A stretch of DNA of 64,000 nt from Deltaproteobacteria bacterium (lineage in GTDB: Bacteria > Myxococcota > JADLHZ01). Under the pieces are notes generated by a model. It was given only the letters and a program-made list of their open reading frames with translations. It was not told the DNA's origin and did no database searches. The stretch covers positions 18,483 through 82,482 of the forward strand of contig JADLHZ010000031.1 of NCBI GenBank assembly GCA_020848545.1. The letters are read 5' to 3'. Positions 1 through 9,657 of this stretch are shown here, piece by piece (position 1 is the first letter of the stretch; each line of letters starts with the position of its first letter). Both the position numbers and the translations under genes were made by a program.

Positions 1-1
1 T

Positions 2-1522
2 GCCGTGATCGTGCCGGCCGCCGGGACCACGAACGCGATGAGCGGCATCGGTGAGGCGTACCTCGACGGCATTCCGATGCTCGTCATCTCGGGCGGCATT
101 CGCCGCGACACCGGCAAGGCGTATCAACTGCACGACATCGATCAGAGGAAGCTCGTCGCGGCGGTGACGAAGGCAGCGTTCGTCGTCGATCGCCACGAGC
201 ACGTCGTCGACACGATCTACCGCGCTTACGACATCGCGACGGCCGGCGAGCCCGGTCCCGTGTTCGTCGAGATCGCGAGCGATGTGCTCTTGTTCGTCGA
301 AGACTGCGAGCCGGTGCGGCCGTACCAGCCGAGCGCGACGTCGCCGGATCCAGACCCGGAGCTCGTCGCGAAGGCCGCGGGGATGCTCGCCGCGGCGAAG
401 CGCCCGGGCCTCTACCTCGGGTGGGGCGCGCGCGGTGCGAGCGCGGAGCTGACAAAGATCGCCGAGCGCTTCTCGGCGCCGGTGGCGACGACGTTGCAAG
501 GTCTGAGCGTCTTCGATGCCGCGCATCCGCTGCACACCGGCATGGGCTTTGGACCGTCGGCGGTGCCGGCCGCGCGAAACGCGTTCAACGGCTGTGACTG
601 TTTGCTCGCCGTCGGCGTGCGCTTCTCCGAGCTCGGCACCGCGAGCTACGGCCTGCCGGTGCCGCAAGCGTTGATCCATGTCGACATCAACCGCGGCGTC
701 TTCGACAAGAACTATCCCGCCGCGCTCGCGATCGAAGCGGACGCGCAGCGCTTCAGTCGGGCCTTGCTCGACGCCGTCGGTGCCAGCGCCCTTTCGCCGC
801 GGAGCAGCGTCGTCACCGGCATCGCCGCCGACAAGCAAGCGTACAGGAAGCAGTGGACCGCGCGCACGCGCGACGACAAAGTGAGCCCCGGGATCTTCTT
901 TCGCGAGCTCTCACAAAAGCTCGGCGAGGACGCGTTCGTGGTCGCGGACGACGGCAACCACACCTTCCTCACCGCCGAGCTCTTGCCGATGCACCGGCCG
1001 GCGCACTTCATCTCGCCGACGGACTTCAACTGCATGGGCTACGCGGTGCCGGCGGCGATCGCGACGAAGCTCGCGAATCCCGACGAGCAAGTCGTGGCGA
1101 TCGTTGGCGACGGCGGCTTCTTGATGAGCGGCCTCGAGATCATCACGGCGAACAAGTACGGCATCGCGCCCGTGTTCTTCGTGTTCAACGACGGCGAGCT
1201 CGGGCAGATCGCGCAGTTTCAGGCGGTGCCCCTGAAGCACAAGACGTGCACCGTGCTCGGCGACGTGCGCTTCGAGGGCATCGCCAAGGCCACTGGCGCC
1301 GGCTACTTTCGCCTCGAAAACGACGCCGCCGTGCCGGACGTGCTCGGCGCCGCGCTCGACGAGGCGAAGCTCGGCAAGCCGATCATCGTCGACGTCAACA
1401 TCGACTACAGCAAGAAGAGCGCGTTCACCGAAGGCGTCATCAAGGTGAATTTCTCGCGCTTCCCGCTGCGACAGAAGGCGCGGCTCGTCGGCCGAGCTCT
1501 GAAGCGGCACACCATCGGTTGA
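2..1522 (+). CDS. Thiamine-pyrophosphate enzyme, acetolactate synthase/benzoylformate decarboxylase-like, 5'-truncated by window edge
   Basis: ORF 5..1522 lacks the N-terminal ~100 aa of the family. TPP-binding motif GDGGFLMSGLEIITANKYG...NDGELGQI is present. Confidence 0.85.
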   Translation, partial: AVIVPAAGTTNAMSGIGEAYLDGIPMLVISGGIRRDTGKAYQLHDIDQRKLVAAVTKAAFVVDRHEHVVDTIYRAYDIATAGEPGPVFVEIASDVLLFVEDCEPVRPYQPSATSPDPDPELVAKAAGMLAAAKRPGLYLGWGARGASAELTKIAERFSAPVATTLQGLSVFDAAHPLHTGMGFGPSAVPAARNAFNGCDCLLAVGVRFSELGTASYGLPVPQALIHVDINRGVFDKNYPAALAIEADAQRFSRALLDAVGASALSPRSSVVTGIAADKQAYRKQWTARTRDDKVSPGIFFRELSQKLGEDAFVVADDGNHTFLTAELLPMHRPAHFISPTDFNCMGYAVPAAIATKLANPDEQVVAIVGDGGFLMSGLEIITANKYGIAPVFFVFNDGELGQIAQFQAVPLKHKTCTVLGDVRFEGIAKATGAGYFRLENDAAVPDVLGAALDEAKLGKPIIVDVNIDYSKKSAFTEGVIKVNFSRFPLRQKARLVGRALKRHTIG

Positions 1523-1537
1523 AGTGGGGAGAATGCC

Positions 1538-2254
1538 ATGATCGACGCCAATCAATCGATCGCCAGCGTCGTGCTCGCCGAACCGGCGACCGGGAGTGTC
1601 TTTCAGCGCTACGCGATCGACTTCTGCACTTTTGGGACCGAGACCGTGGCGGAGCGCTGTCGCGCGCTTGGCCTCGATGTCGGCGGCTTGATCGCCGAGC
1701 TCGAGGAGGCGTGCGTTTACAGTGACACGGGCGAGCCGCTGTCGCCTAGGTCGATCATGGAGCTGATGTCGGAGATCGTGGCGACGCATCACGAGTGGAC
1801 GCGCCGCTCGCTGCGCGACCTCCTGCGCACCGCGATCAAGGTGGAGCAGCAACACCCGAGCCACGGTGCCAAGCTCGGGCTTTTGATCGGCGCCATCGAG
1901 CAGACCGATGAGCTCGTTCGCTGGCACCTCGCTCGCGAAGAACGCGAGCTCTTTCCTGCGCTCCTAGAGAAGGCGAGCCGGCGTCACGACATCGCCCACG
2001 AGCTGACGTGCATGCGCGACGAGCACTTCCTCCTGCTCGGCGGTTTGCGCCGGATTCGGGTCGCGGCAGACGGCTTCGTGGCGCCGCCGTGGGCGTGCCA
2101 TACGTATCGCGAGCTGCTCGCGTCCTTGCTCTCGCTCGAGATTCGCGCTCAGCGCGCGATTCACTTCGAGAGCTTCGCGCTGATGCCGCGGCTCATCGTT
2201 GCGCAAGGGGCGCAAGGGGCGCAAGGGGCGCGACCACCGCGGAGTCGACTGTGA
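1538..2254 (+). CDS. Iron-sulfur cluster repair di-iron protein (RIC/YtfE/ScdA family)
   Basis: N-terminus MIDANQSIASVV..FQRYAIDFC matches the ScdA_N/DUF542 motif. It is followed by a hemerythrin-like domain with H/E ligands. Tail has an AQGAQGAQGA 9-bp x3 in-frame repeat. Confidence 0.8.
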   Translation: MIDANQSIASVVLAEPATGSVFQRYAIDFCTFGTETVAERCRALGLDVGGLIAELEEACVYSDTGEPLSPRSIMELMSEIVATHHEWTRRSLRDLLRTAIKVEQQHPSHGAKLGLLIGAIEQTDELVRWHLAREERELFPALLEKASRRHDIAHELTCMRDEHFLLLGGLRRIRVAADGFVAPPWACHTYRELLASLLSLEIRAQRAIHFESFALMPRLIVAQGAQGAQGARPPRSRL

Positions 2255-2357
2255 GCGCTGACGCTGGCGATCCCTTCCGCCGAGAGGTGCGGCAGGGGGC
2301 TTGCATCATGTCCGGCGTGATGCAGCTTGGGATGCAAATGTTACCGCGCGGTGACGC

Positions 2358-3686
2358 TTGAGCTCGGCGGCGCTCCTTCGACGTTACGGCACGGCCACGG
2401 TGCCGCGCTACACGAGCTATCCGCCGGCGAACCTGTGGGGTCCGAGCGACGCAGACTTTGCTCGCACCACGCTGGCGCGCGCGGGTTCGAGGCCGCTGTC
2501 TTTGTATGTGCACGTCCCCTTCTGTCACAAGCTCTGCCTGTACTGCGGCTGCAACATGCTCGTGACGAAGAGCCAAGCGCTCGTCGAACGTTACCTCGCG
2601 GCGCTCGAAGTCGAGATCGAGCGGACGACGGCGTTGCTTGGCGCGAGGGCGCCGGTGGTCCAAGTGCACCTCGGCGGCGGTACCCCGACGTACTTGAACG
2701 AGGCTCAGCTCGCGCGCGTGATGGCGGCGATCGACCGATCCCTGTCGCGCGTGCGCGCGTGCGAGACCTCGATCGAGGTGCACCCGCCGGTCACCACGGT
2801 GGCGCAGCTGGCGACGCTGCGCGCGCTCGGCTTCTCGCGTTTGAGCATGGGGGTTCAGGACTTCGATCCAGATGTGCAAGCGCGCATTCGCCGGACGCAA
2901 CCGTTCGAGCAGACGCGCGATCTGTTCATCGCCGCCCGCCAGCTCGGCTTTCGGAGCATCAGCGTCGACTTGATGTACGGCCTGCCGCTGCAGACGCTCG
3001 CGAGCTTCGAGCGCACGCTCGATCTCGTGGCGGAGCTCCGGCCGGATCGCCTCGCGCTCTTCGGCTATGCGCACATGCCGGTCTTGAAGAAGCATCAAGC
3101 GGTGCTGACCCCGGACCTCCCCGGTCCCGCCTTGCGCCTGGCGCTCTTTCAGCTCGCGACAGAGCACCTCGCGGCACGCGGCTACGAGCACGTCGGGCTC
3201 GATCACTTCGCGCTGCCCGAGGACGAGCTCTGCCGCGCGCGCAAGGATCGCACGCTGCGCCGCAACTTCATGGGCTACACGACGTGCGCCGCCAGCGACG
3301 TGCTCGCGTTCGGGCCGTCGGCGATTGGCGAGATCGACGGCGACCTCCTGCAGAACGCGCGCGGCGTGCTCGAGTGGGCGCAGCGGATCGAGAGCAGCGC
3401 GCTGCCAGCGGTGCGCGGCTGGCGATCGAGCGCGGACGACGTCCGCCGCCGCGAGATCATTCATCGCCTCTTTTGCGAGCTCGAGGTCGATCGCGACTTC
3501 GCGATGCCGATGCTCGGCGACAACGCGCCGATGCTCGCCGCGCTGATCAGCGACGGCCTCGTCGAGCTCGATGACGTGAAGCTGCGGGTCACGCCGCTCG
3601 GCCGCTCGTACCTGCGCAATGTCGCCGTCGTCTTCGACGCCTACTTCGCAGCCGGACCGCCGCGGACGTATTCGGTAGCGGTGTAG
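2358..3686 (+). CDS. hemN: Oxygen-independent coproporphyrinogen III oxidase HemN (radical SAM)
   Basis: 442 aa with PRYTSYPP motif and radical SAM CxxxCxxC (CHKLCLYCGC). TTG start, immediately after an in-frame stop. Confidence 0.9.
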   Translation: MSSAALLRRYGTATVPRYTSYPPANLWGPSDADFARTTLARAGSRPLSLYVHVPFCHKLCLYCGCNMLVTKSQALVERYLAALEVEIERTTALLGARAPVVQVHLGGGTPTYLNEAQLARVMAAIDRSLSRVRACETSIEVHPPVTTVAQLATLRALGFSRLSMGVQDFDPDVQARIRRTQPFEQTRDLFIAARQLGFRSISVDLMYGLPLQTLASFERTLDLVAELRPDRLALFGYAHMPVLKKHQAVLTPDLPGPALRLALFQLATEHLAARGYEHVGLDHFALPEDELCRARKDRTLRRNFMGYTTCAASDVLAFGPSAIGEIDGDLLQNARGVLEWAQRIESSALPAVRGWRSSADDVRRREIIHRLFCELEVDRDFAMPMLGDNAPMLAALISDGLVELDDVKLRVTPLGRSYLRNVAVVFDAYFAAGPPRTYSVAV

Positions 3687-3687
3687 C

Positions 3688-4119
3688 GTGTATCTGTGGC
3701 TGAAGGCGGTTCACGTCATCGCGATCATCAGCTGGATGGCGGGGCTGCTCTACCTCTTCCGCCTCTTCGTCTACCACGCGATGGAGCGCGAGACCGTGGT
3801 CATGGAGCGGCTGCAGGTGATGGAGCGGCGGCTGCTCAACGCGATCACGACGCCAGCGGCGGTGCTTGCCCTGATCACCGGCGCGTCGATGCTCGTTCAG
3901 GCGCCGGATTTGCTGCGCGCGCCGTGGATGCTGTGCAAGCTTGGGTGCGTCGTTGGGCTCATGGCGCTGCACACCTATGCCGCGCTCGCTCGGCGGCGGC
4001 TGATCGCTTCGCCGAATGGCGTGCCGCACAGGACGTTCCGGGTGCTCAACGAGCTGCCCACGCTCTTGATGATCGTCATCGTCATCATGGTCATCGTGCG
4101 GCCGTTTACGGGCACGTGA
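3688..4119 (+). CDS. hemJ: Protoporphyrinogen IX oxidase HemJ (CopD-like, UPF0093)
   Basis: MYLWLKAVHVIAIISWMAGLLYLFRLFVYHA is the hallmark HemJ N-terminus. 4 TM helices. Adjacent to hemN. Confidence 0.85.
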   Translation: MYLWLKAVHVIAIISWMAGLLYLFRLFVYHAMERETVVMERLQVMERRLLNAITTPAAVLALITGASMLVQAPDLLRAPWMLCKLGCVVGLMALHTYAALARRRLIASPNGVPHRTFRVLNELPTLLMIVIVIMVIVRPFTGT

Positions 4120-4125
4120 CGTTCT

Positions 4126-5526
4126 CTAGCGATGGGTGTCTCCGTGCCCGATGACGTGCAGCATCCCCATCATGCCGAGCGCGGCGTGATCGAGGATGTG
4201 GCAGTGGAACATCCACATGCCGGGGCGGTCGTCGAAGTAGACGGCGAAGCGCAAGGTGCTTTTGCCGCGGACGTTCACGGTGTCCTTCCATTCTCGCGCG
4301 CGAAGGTTGTTCTTGGTGTCGAGCACCTGGAACGAGAACCCGTGCAGGTGAAATGGATGATCGTACGACGTCGTGTTGACGATCTCCCAGATCTCGGTGG
4401 TCCCCACATGCGCGTCGATCGGCAGCGCCTCCGAGTACGCTTGGCCGTTGATCGCAAGCACGGTGGTGCCGCCCGCCGCCTTCTCGCCGAGCTCGATGCG
4501 CCGCGTGCTCGCCGTGCTCACGTCGAGCGGGGAGAAGTCGCGCATGACGGCGTCGCTGCGCGCGGGCTCGCTCCACGGCGGCAGATCCGACTTCACGAGC
4601 ACGAAGAGGCGCTCCGGGTCGCGCGTGTAGCCAATGCCGTAGCGGTCCATGTCGTGCCACATGACCTCGGTCCGCGACGCGGCCTCGGGCTTCGGTGTGA
4701 CGACGACGTCCATGCGCTCGCCGGGCACGAGGCGGAGGCTGCCGATCGCGCGCGGCCGCTCGAGGAGCCCGCCGTCGCTCGCGACCTGCTCGAGCACGTG
4801 GTCCGGCACCGAGAGCTCGTAGAAGCGCGCGCGTGACGCGTTGATGATGCGCCACCGCTCGGGCGCGCCGGTTCGCGTCTTGATCTCGGGCAGCACGCGG
4901 CCGTTGACGAGCAGCACGTTGCCTTCGCGGCCGAAGTAGTCGCCAAACCAACCCGTGTCGTTGGGTGGGCGGAGGGTGCCATCGTCCTTGACGCTCGCGT
5001 CGCTGAGCACGAGCACCGCCTCGTCGCCGAGCGGCGGCTCGTCGTCTTCTACGATCAACGCGCCGTAGAGCCCTTGGCCGACTTGGCCGCTCGAGTCGTG
5101 ATGCGGGTGATACCAATAGGTGCCCGCATCGGGCGGCGTGAGCTCGTAGGTGAACGAGGCGCCGGGCTGGATCGGCGCCTGCGTCATCTCGCTGCCGTCC
5201 ATCGCCGCGTCGATGCGCAAGCCGTGCCAGTGGATCGTCGTCGGCGCTGGCAAGTGATTCGTGAAACGCACGCGAAGGACGTCGCCTCTGCGCACGCGCA
5301 GCGTCGGGCCGGGCACCTGGCCATCGTAGGTCCAGAGCTCCGTCACGACGCCGGGCCTGAGCTCTCGCGGCGCAACCCGGGCTTCGAGCGAGACGTCGAC
5401 GATGTGCGTATCAGGATCTTGGTCTTCAGCTTGGCCGAGGGCGATTCCGTCGGCCCAACCCTTTGCCTGGCGTTGCCCAGAGCCGCTGCTGCAGGCGACG
5501 AGGAGAATGAGGAGAGCGTTCTTCAT
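4126..5526 (-). CDS. Multicopper oxidase (CueO/CopA-like) lipoprotein
   Basis: Lipobox LLVACSSG. Copper sites HWHG, HPHHD and HCHILDHAALGMMG at the C-terminus. Confidence 0.85.
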   Translation of the reverse strand: MKNALLILLVACSSGSGQRQAKGWADGIALGQAEDQDPDTHIVDVSLEARVAPRELRPGVVTELWTYDGQVPGPTLRVRRGDVLRVRFTNHLPAPTTIHWHGLRIDAAMDGSEMTQAPIQPGASFTYELTPPDAGTYWYHPHHDSSGQVGQGLYGALIVEDDEPPLGDEAVLVLSDASVKDDGTLRPPNDTGWFGDYFGREGNVLLVNGRVLPEIKTRTGAPERWRIINASRARFYELSVPDHVLEQVASDGGLLERPRAIGSLRLVPGERMDVVVTPKPEAASRTEVMWHDMDRYGIGYTRDPERLFVLVKSDLPPWSEPARSDAVMRDFSPLDVSTASTRRIELGEKAAGGTTVLAINGQAYSEALPIDAHVGTTEIWEIVNTTSYDHPFHLHGFSFQVLDTKNNLRAREWKDTVNVRGKSTLRFAVYFDDRPGMWMFHCHILDHAALGMMGMLHVIGHGDTHR

Positions 5527-6140
5527 CTTGTCTCGCCCGGCAAGAGCAGCTCCTCGAGGAAGAACGCGGCGAGGTTGCTCCTGCCCGCGACGCCGGCTTT
5601 CTTGTAAACGGCCGTGGCCTGCTGGCGGGCGGTCGCTTCGCTGATCGCGCGGGCGCCGGCGATCTCCTTGTGGCTCAGGCCCTTCAGCAAGAGGAGCGCG
5701 ACCTCTTTTTCTGCGTTCGAGAGCCCCCAGCGTTCGAGCTGCTTGTCGATCGCGGCGCTGAGGCCTTGCAAGAGCAGACGAGTCTCCTCACGCCAACGGA
5801 CGGCCTCTGCTTCGGTCGCGGCCAGCCGGCCGGCCAACGCGGCGGCGTTCTTCCGTGCCTCGCGCGCCCGTTGTAGCAAGGAGCGCAGGCGGCGGCTCGC
5901 GACGATCGCCCCTGCGAGGCCGAGCCCGAACACGACGCTCTCGATGAAGACGTGGCGCAGCGTCGTGCCGGCGGCCACATCGACCATGATGTCGATGCCG
6001 GCGAGCAGGCCGACGAGAGCGAACGCCGTGAGCGCAGCGCCGAACAGGCGTCCATCGGAGATGGCTGTGTCGTGGTCCAAGTGTCCGAGATCCTTCATGA
6101 TCACATCTGTCGGATGGCGATCGGGGCGCTGGGCGCGCAC
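5523..6140 (-). CDS. LuxR-family HTH transcriptional regulator with N-terminal transmembrane region
   Basis: C-terminal LSNAEKEVALLLLKGLSHKEIA...AVYKK is a LuxR HTH. Two TM helices. Alternative start near 6098. Confidence 0.7.
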   Translation of the reverse strand: MRAQRPDRHPTDVIMKDLGHLDHDTAISDGRLFGAALTAFALVGLLAGIDIMVDVAAGTTLRHVFIESVVFGLGLAGAIVASRRLRSLLQRAREARKNAAALAGRLAATEAEAVRWREETRLLLQGLSAAIDKQLERWGLSNAEKEVALLLLKGLSHKEIAGARAISEATARQQATAVYKKAGVAGRSNLAAFFLEELLLPGETR

Positions 6141-6166
6141 TTTCTCGCCAACACGGAGGTCCTAAA

Positions 6167-6676
6167 ATGAGCTCGCTCTTCTTTCACCCGATGGTCGTTC
6201 ACTTGCCGATCGCGCTTGGAATCTTGATGCCCTTCGTCGCTGCGGGCGTGCTCGTGGCGATGTGGAAGAATTGGTTGCCGACGCGCGCGTGGCTGGGCGT
6301 CGTCTTGCTGCAAGCCTTGCTCGTCGGCACCGGCATCATCGCGATGCGCAGCGGCGAGGCCGAGGAGGAGCGTGTCGAGCGCGTGACCGGCGAGCCTGCG
6401 ATCGAAGCGCACGAAGAGGCGGCGGAGCAGTTCGTTTGGGCGAGCGGCGCGGTGCTCGGCGTGATGTTGGTCGCCGGTGCGCTGCGCCGATCGCGCTCCG
6501 GGCTGCCGCTCGCCGGCGCGGCCGCGCTCGGCACGTTGCTCGTGCTCGGCTTCGGCTACCGCACCGGAAAGGCCGGCGGGGCCCTCGTGTACGAGCACGG
6601 TGCGGCGCAGGCTTACGCGCACGCGGCAGCGGATGGGGCGAGAGCGAGCGGCGACGGCGACGACGACCATGACTAA
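6167..6676 (+). CDS. DUF2231-like membrane protein
   Basis: FFHPMVVHLPIALG is the HPxxxHxP motif. 4 TM helices with an acidic tail. Convergent with nnrS and overlaps it. Confidence 0.6.
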   Translation: MSSLFFHPMVVHLPIALGILMPFVAAGVLVAMWKNWLPTRAWLGVVLLQALLVGTGIIAMRSGEAEEERVERVTGEPAIEAHEEAAEQFVWASGAVLGVMLVAGALRRSRSGLPLAGAAALGTLLVLGFGYRTGKAGGALVYEHGAAQAYAHAAADGARASGDGDDDHD

Positions 6677-7827
6677 CCCGGCTTGCCGTCAGCGCGCGGG
6701 CTGACGAGCCACGGCGCGTAACGGGCGAGGTAGAGCGCGAAGCCGAGCGTCCAGGCGCCGCCCGCGATGGCGTACCAAACCATGGCAGACGCTGGCGCGA
6801 TGACCGGCAGAAACGCACGCACCGGCGTCGCGATCGCGAGCAGCACGAAGCCGACGACGACGCTCGCCGGCGCGATCATCGGCCGGCCCGTGTGGCCCAA
6901 CGCGACGCGCGACATCATGCCGAGGATCAACGTGCCGATCGCGCCGGTCGTCAACACATGGATCGCAGAGGGCTCGGGCAACGGCACGCCGAGCAAGCTC
7001 AGCCCGCGCAGCACCAGGCCGAGCGCGAGCCACGCGTAGCCTTTGTGCAGCACCCACAAGATCGGCGCGCGCGTCGTGCGGAAGGACGCCCAGCCAGCGA
7101 GCCGCATGGCCTGGACGAGACCCGCGAAGAGGCACGCGGCTCCGAGCGCGCGCGTGTCGCCAGCGATCTCGCAGCCGAGCACAAACGCCATGCTGGCCAC
7201 GCTCAGCGCTTCGATCACGCGATAGGATCGCAGTGGCGCACCAGCGATTGCGCTCCTCGTGAAGAACGGGATCACGCGGCCGCCGATGATCACGATGAGC
7301 GCGAGGACGAGATCGAGCGCCACGAGCCACGCGGTGCGCTTCGCGTCGGTGAAGTAGAACACGCCGTTCGCGACCGCGAGCAGAAAGAGCACGCCAAGGA
7401 TCGCGAGCTGGCGATGCTGCTTCGCTTGCAGGATCGGCCGCGCCACGAAGAAGCCGAGCGCCGGGAGGAAGCAGAGGTCGACGGCCCCGACGAGCGCGGG
7501 GGGTAACACAGCGGCGAGCGCCACCGCGATTCGTCCGGCGAGCCAAAGCGCGCACAAAAACGCGAGGCTCGGGCCGGACGCCGTGTCGCGGCCCGTCCAG
7601 TTGCGCGCCGCGGTCAGCAAGAAGCCCGCGATCACCGCCGTGACGAAGCCGAAGATCATCTCGTGGGCGTGCCAGGCGATGCCGCCGGTCGGAGCGATCT
7701 GCGCGAGGCCGAGGATCCACAGCGGCATCTGCAGCACCGTGAACGTCGCGGCGAGCAGAAAGAACGCGCGAAAGCCGTAGGCGAACAGCGTCATCCCGCG
7801 GCCCGCTTGCCCGCCCAAAGGTGCCAA
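6673..7827 (-). CDS. nnrS: NnrS family haem-copper membrane protein (NO response)
   Basis: MTLFAYGFRAFFLLAA... is the typical NnrS N-terminus. Polytopic membrane protein, 384 aa. Confidence 0.85.
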   Translation of the reverse strand: MAPLGGQAGRGMTLFAYGFRAFFLLAATFTVLQMPLWILGLAQIAPTGGIAWHAHEMIFGFVTAVIAGFLLTAARNWTGRDTASGPSLAFLCALWLAGRIAVALAAVLPPALVGAVDLCFLPALGFFVARPILQAKQHRQLAILGVLFLLAVANGVFYFTDAKRTAWLVALDLVLALIVIIGGRVIPFFTRSAIAGAPLRSYRVIEALSVASMAFVLGCEIAGDTRALGAACLFAGLVQAMRLAGWASFRTTRAPILWVLHKGYAWLALGLVLRGLSLLGVPLPEPSAIHVLTTGAIGTLILGMMSRVALGHTGRPMIAPASVVVGFVLLAIATPVRAFLPVIAPASAMVWYAIAGGAWTLGFALYLARYAPWLVSPRADGKPG

Positions 7828-8420
7828 ACGGTGACCGCACCGACGACGAGCGCGAACGCGCCCATCGCGAAGGTACCGCCGCCCGGCAGGCTCGTCGTCG
7901 TGAAGTTCGCGATCTGCTTCGAGCCGATGATCGCCGGAGTGAAGCCTTCGACCTTCACCGGCGCGTCCGGGCTCAGGTTGTGACCATATATATAGAGGCG
8001 ATAGACGAAGCGGGCCATCGAGAACGCCGAGAAGTAGCCGGTGATCACGATGAGATCGAGCAGCGCCCGCACGTTGCCGATCGCCGCGACGCGCAAGGTG
8101 AGGAGCGCCAAGACGCCGATCGCGAATGGGATCCAGTCGAGATCGCTCAGCTCGGCGCGGTCGAGCTTCCTCATGCCGATGTAGTGGTTCAGCACGTTGA
8201 TCTCGTTGATGTCGGCGCCGTCGTGGCCGCCTTTGATCGTGTGCGCGTAGATGTCGATGCTCAGGCCGTTCCTATACTGCGGGGCCACCATCTCGATGCG
8301 CCAGAGCGGCGAGAAGAACGCGACGCCCAAGAGGAGGCAACTCGCGACGAGCACCGGTCGGGCGCTGAGAAAGAGCGGCTGCTCCAAGAAGACGTAGAAC
8401 TTTTGCAGCGCGACGCGCAT
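7791..8420 (-). CDS. 4-TM membrane protein in nos cluster (possibly NosB-like)
   Basis: Real start MRVALQKF at 8420 with GGGAG RBS. The upstream part of ORF 7791..8810 overlaps nosY and is not coding. 4 predicted TM helices. Overlaps nnrS start. Confidence 0.5.
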   Translation of the reverse strand: MRVALQKFYVFLEQPLFLSARPVLVASCLLLGVAFFSPLWRIEMVAPQYRNGLSIDIYAHTIKGGHDGADINEINVLNHYIGMRKLDRAELSDLDWIPFAIGVLALLTLRVAAIGNVRALLDLIVITGYFSAFSMARFVYRLYIYGHNLSPDAPVKVEGFTPAIIGSKQIANFTTTSLPGGGTFAMGAFALVVGAVTVWHLWAGKRAAG

Positions 8421-8431
8421 AGAACTCCCTT

Positions 8432-9274
8432 TTAGACGAGATCGCGCCGCTCGAGCCGGCGCAGAGCTCGCCAAGTGAAGAAACCACCGAGCAGAACGGG
8501 CCACACGGCGCCGATGGCGAACGCCAAGCCAGCGCCGAGCTTGTTGGCGATCCAGAATCCGACGGGGCCGAGGATCGAGAGCTGCGCATCGACGTTGGCG
8601 AGCAAGGCGACGCGCGCGGCCTCGACCGGGTTCAGCGCGGCCAAGAAGAACACCGTCTGCGGTGGCAGGCTCGTGCGGAGCAAGAGGCCGATCAGTGCGA
8701 AGTCGTGTAGCGCGCTGGCGAAGAGCCACGCGAAGAGCGACCAGAGGATCGCTTTCTCCTCGCTCGGCGCAGCGGCGGAGATCCACAGGCCGAGGCCGAG
8801 GAAGGCGCACGTCAGAGACGCGACGATGATGAACGCGCGCACGACCTCGAGGCCGAGCGCGGCGCCGTTACCTTCGCTCACCGCGCCGAAGACGAGCGCG
8901 AGGGCGAGCATCAGAAAGAGCGGCGCCAGCAGCACGATCGCGCGCGAGGAGAGCAGGCCGAAGAACCAGTCCCGGCGCCGCGTTGGCTGGCTGAGCAGCA
9001 GCTCGAGCAGCCCAGTCGTGCGCGCGCGGACGATGCTCTGGCTGGTCGCGACCAAGACGACGATTGGGATCGCGAGCAGCGTGACGTTCACCACGTTGAG
9101 CACCACGCGCGAGACGCCCGTGAAGCCGAGGATCGCCGACTCGCGCAGGCCAAGCCAGACGAAGAGCAGGAAGAGCAAGGCATCGACGGCGGCCACTGAC
9201 AAGAGCCAGCGCGAGCGCAGCGCGCCCATGAGATCGAAGCGCAGGAAGGTGGCGGCGCGAGATTCAGCGATCAT
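8432..9274 (-). CDS. nosY: ABC-2 type permease NosY
   Basis: 6-TM ABC-2 permease. ATGA overlap with nosL stop. Confidence 0.8.
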   Translation of the reverse strand: MIAESRAATFLRFDLMGALRSRWLLSVAAVDALLFLLFVWLGLRESAILGFTGVSRVVLNVVNVTLLAIPIVVLVATSQSIVRARTTGLLELLLSQPTRRRDWFFGLLSSRAIVLLAPLFLMLALALVFGAVSEGNGAALGLEVVRAFIIVASLTCAFLGLGLWISAAAPSEEKAILWSLFAWLFASALHDFALIGLLLRTSLPPQTVFFLAALNPVEAARVALLANVDAQLSILGPVGFWIANKLGAGLAFAIGAVWPVLLGGFFTWRALRRLERRDLV

Positions 9275-9657
9275 TGCAGTGCTCCTCTGCGCGCCGCGAG
9301 CGCTTCTTTCAGCGCGCCGTAGCTGATGCCCGGTGGCTCAGCGTGCGCCGAGTAGCCGAAGTCCATCGGTGTCGCCGCGCCTTTGCGATAGTGCGCGGCT
9401 TCGGCGCTGATCCACTTGCCCGACGCTTCGTCGCGCACCCACCGCGCGCGCGCCGGCCGGCCCGCTTGGTCGAACTCGGCGAGGCAGCCGACGTCGTCGA
9501 AGTACCGGCGCTGGCCGCGATCGTCGAGGAGTGACGCCGCGTAGCGCTTGTCCGAGACGATCATCTTGCAGTGATCGCACGGCTGCTTGTTCCACACCGG
9601 ATCCTCCGGTGTGGGGGTGCTGCTGCACGCCACCAAAAGGAGCAGCAGCGCTCTCAT
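9271..9657 (-). CDS. nosL: Copper chaperone lipoprotein NosL
   Basis: Lipobox LLVACSS. CDHCKM metal motif typical of NosL. ATGA overlap with nosF stop. Confidence 0.8.
   Translation of the reverse strand: MRALLLLLVACSSTPTPEDPVWNKQPCDHCKMIVSDKRYAASLLDDRGQRRYFDDVGCLAEFDQAGRPARARWVRDEASGKWISAEAAHYRKGAATPMDFGYSAHAEPPGISYGALKEALAARRGALQ

Noticed and set aside
6689-7840. 383-aa ORF in alternative frame of nnrS
   Set aside because: Arg-rich shadow frame. The 6673..7827 frame gives a hydrophobic polytopic NnrS.
8421-8810. Upstream 130 codons of ORF 7791..8810
   Set aside because: The region overlaps the nosY coding sequence. Its translation is Arg/Pro-rich, and the real start with RBS is at 8420.
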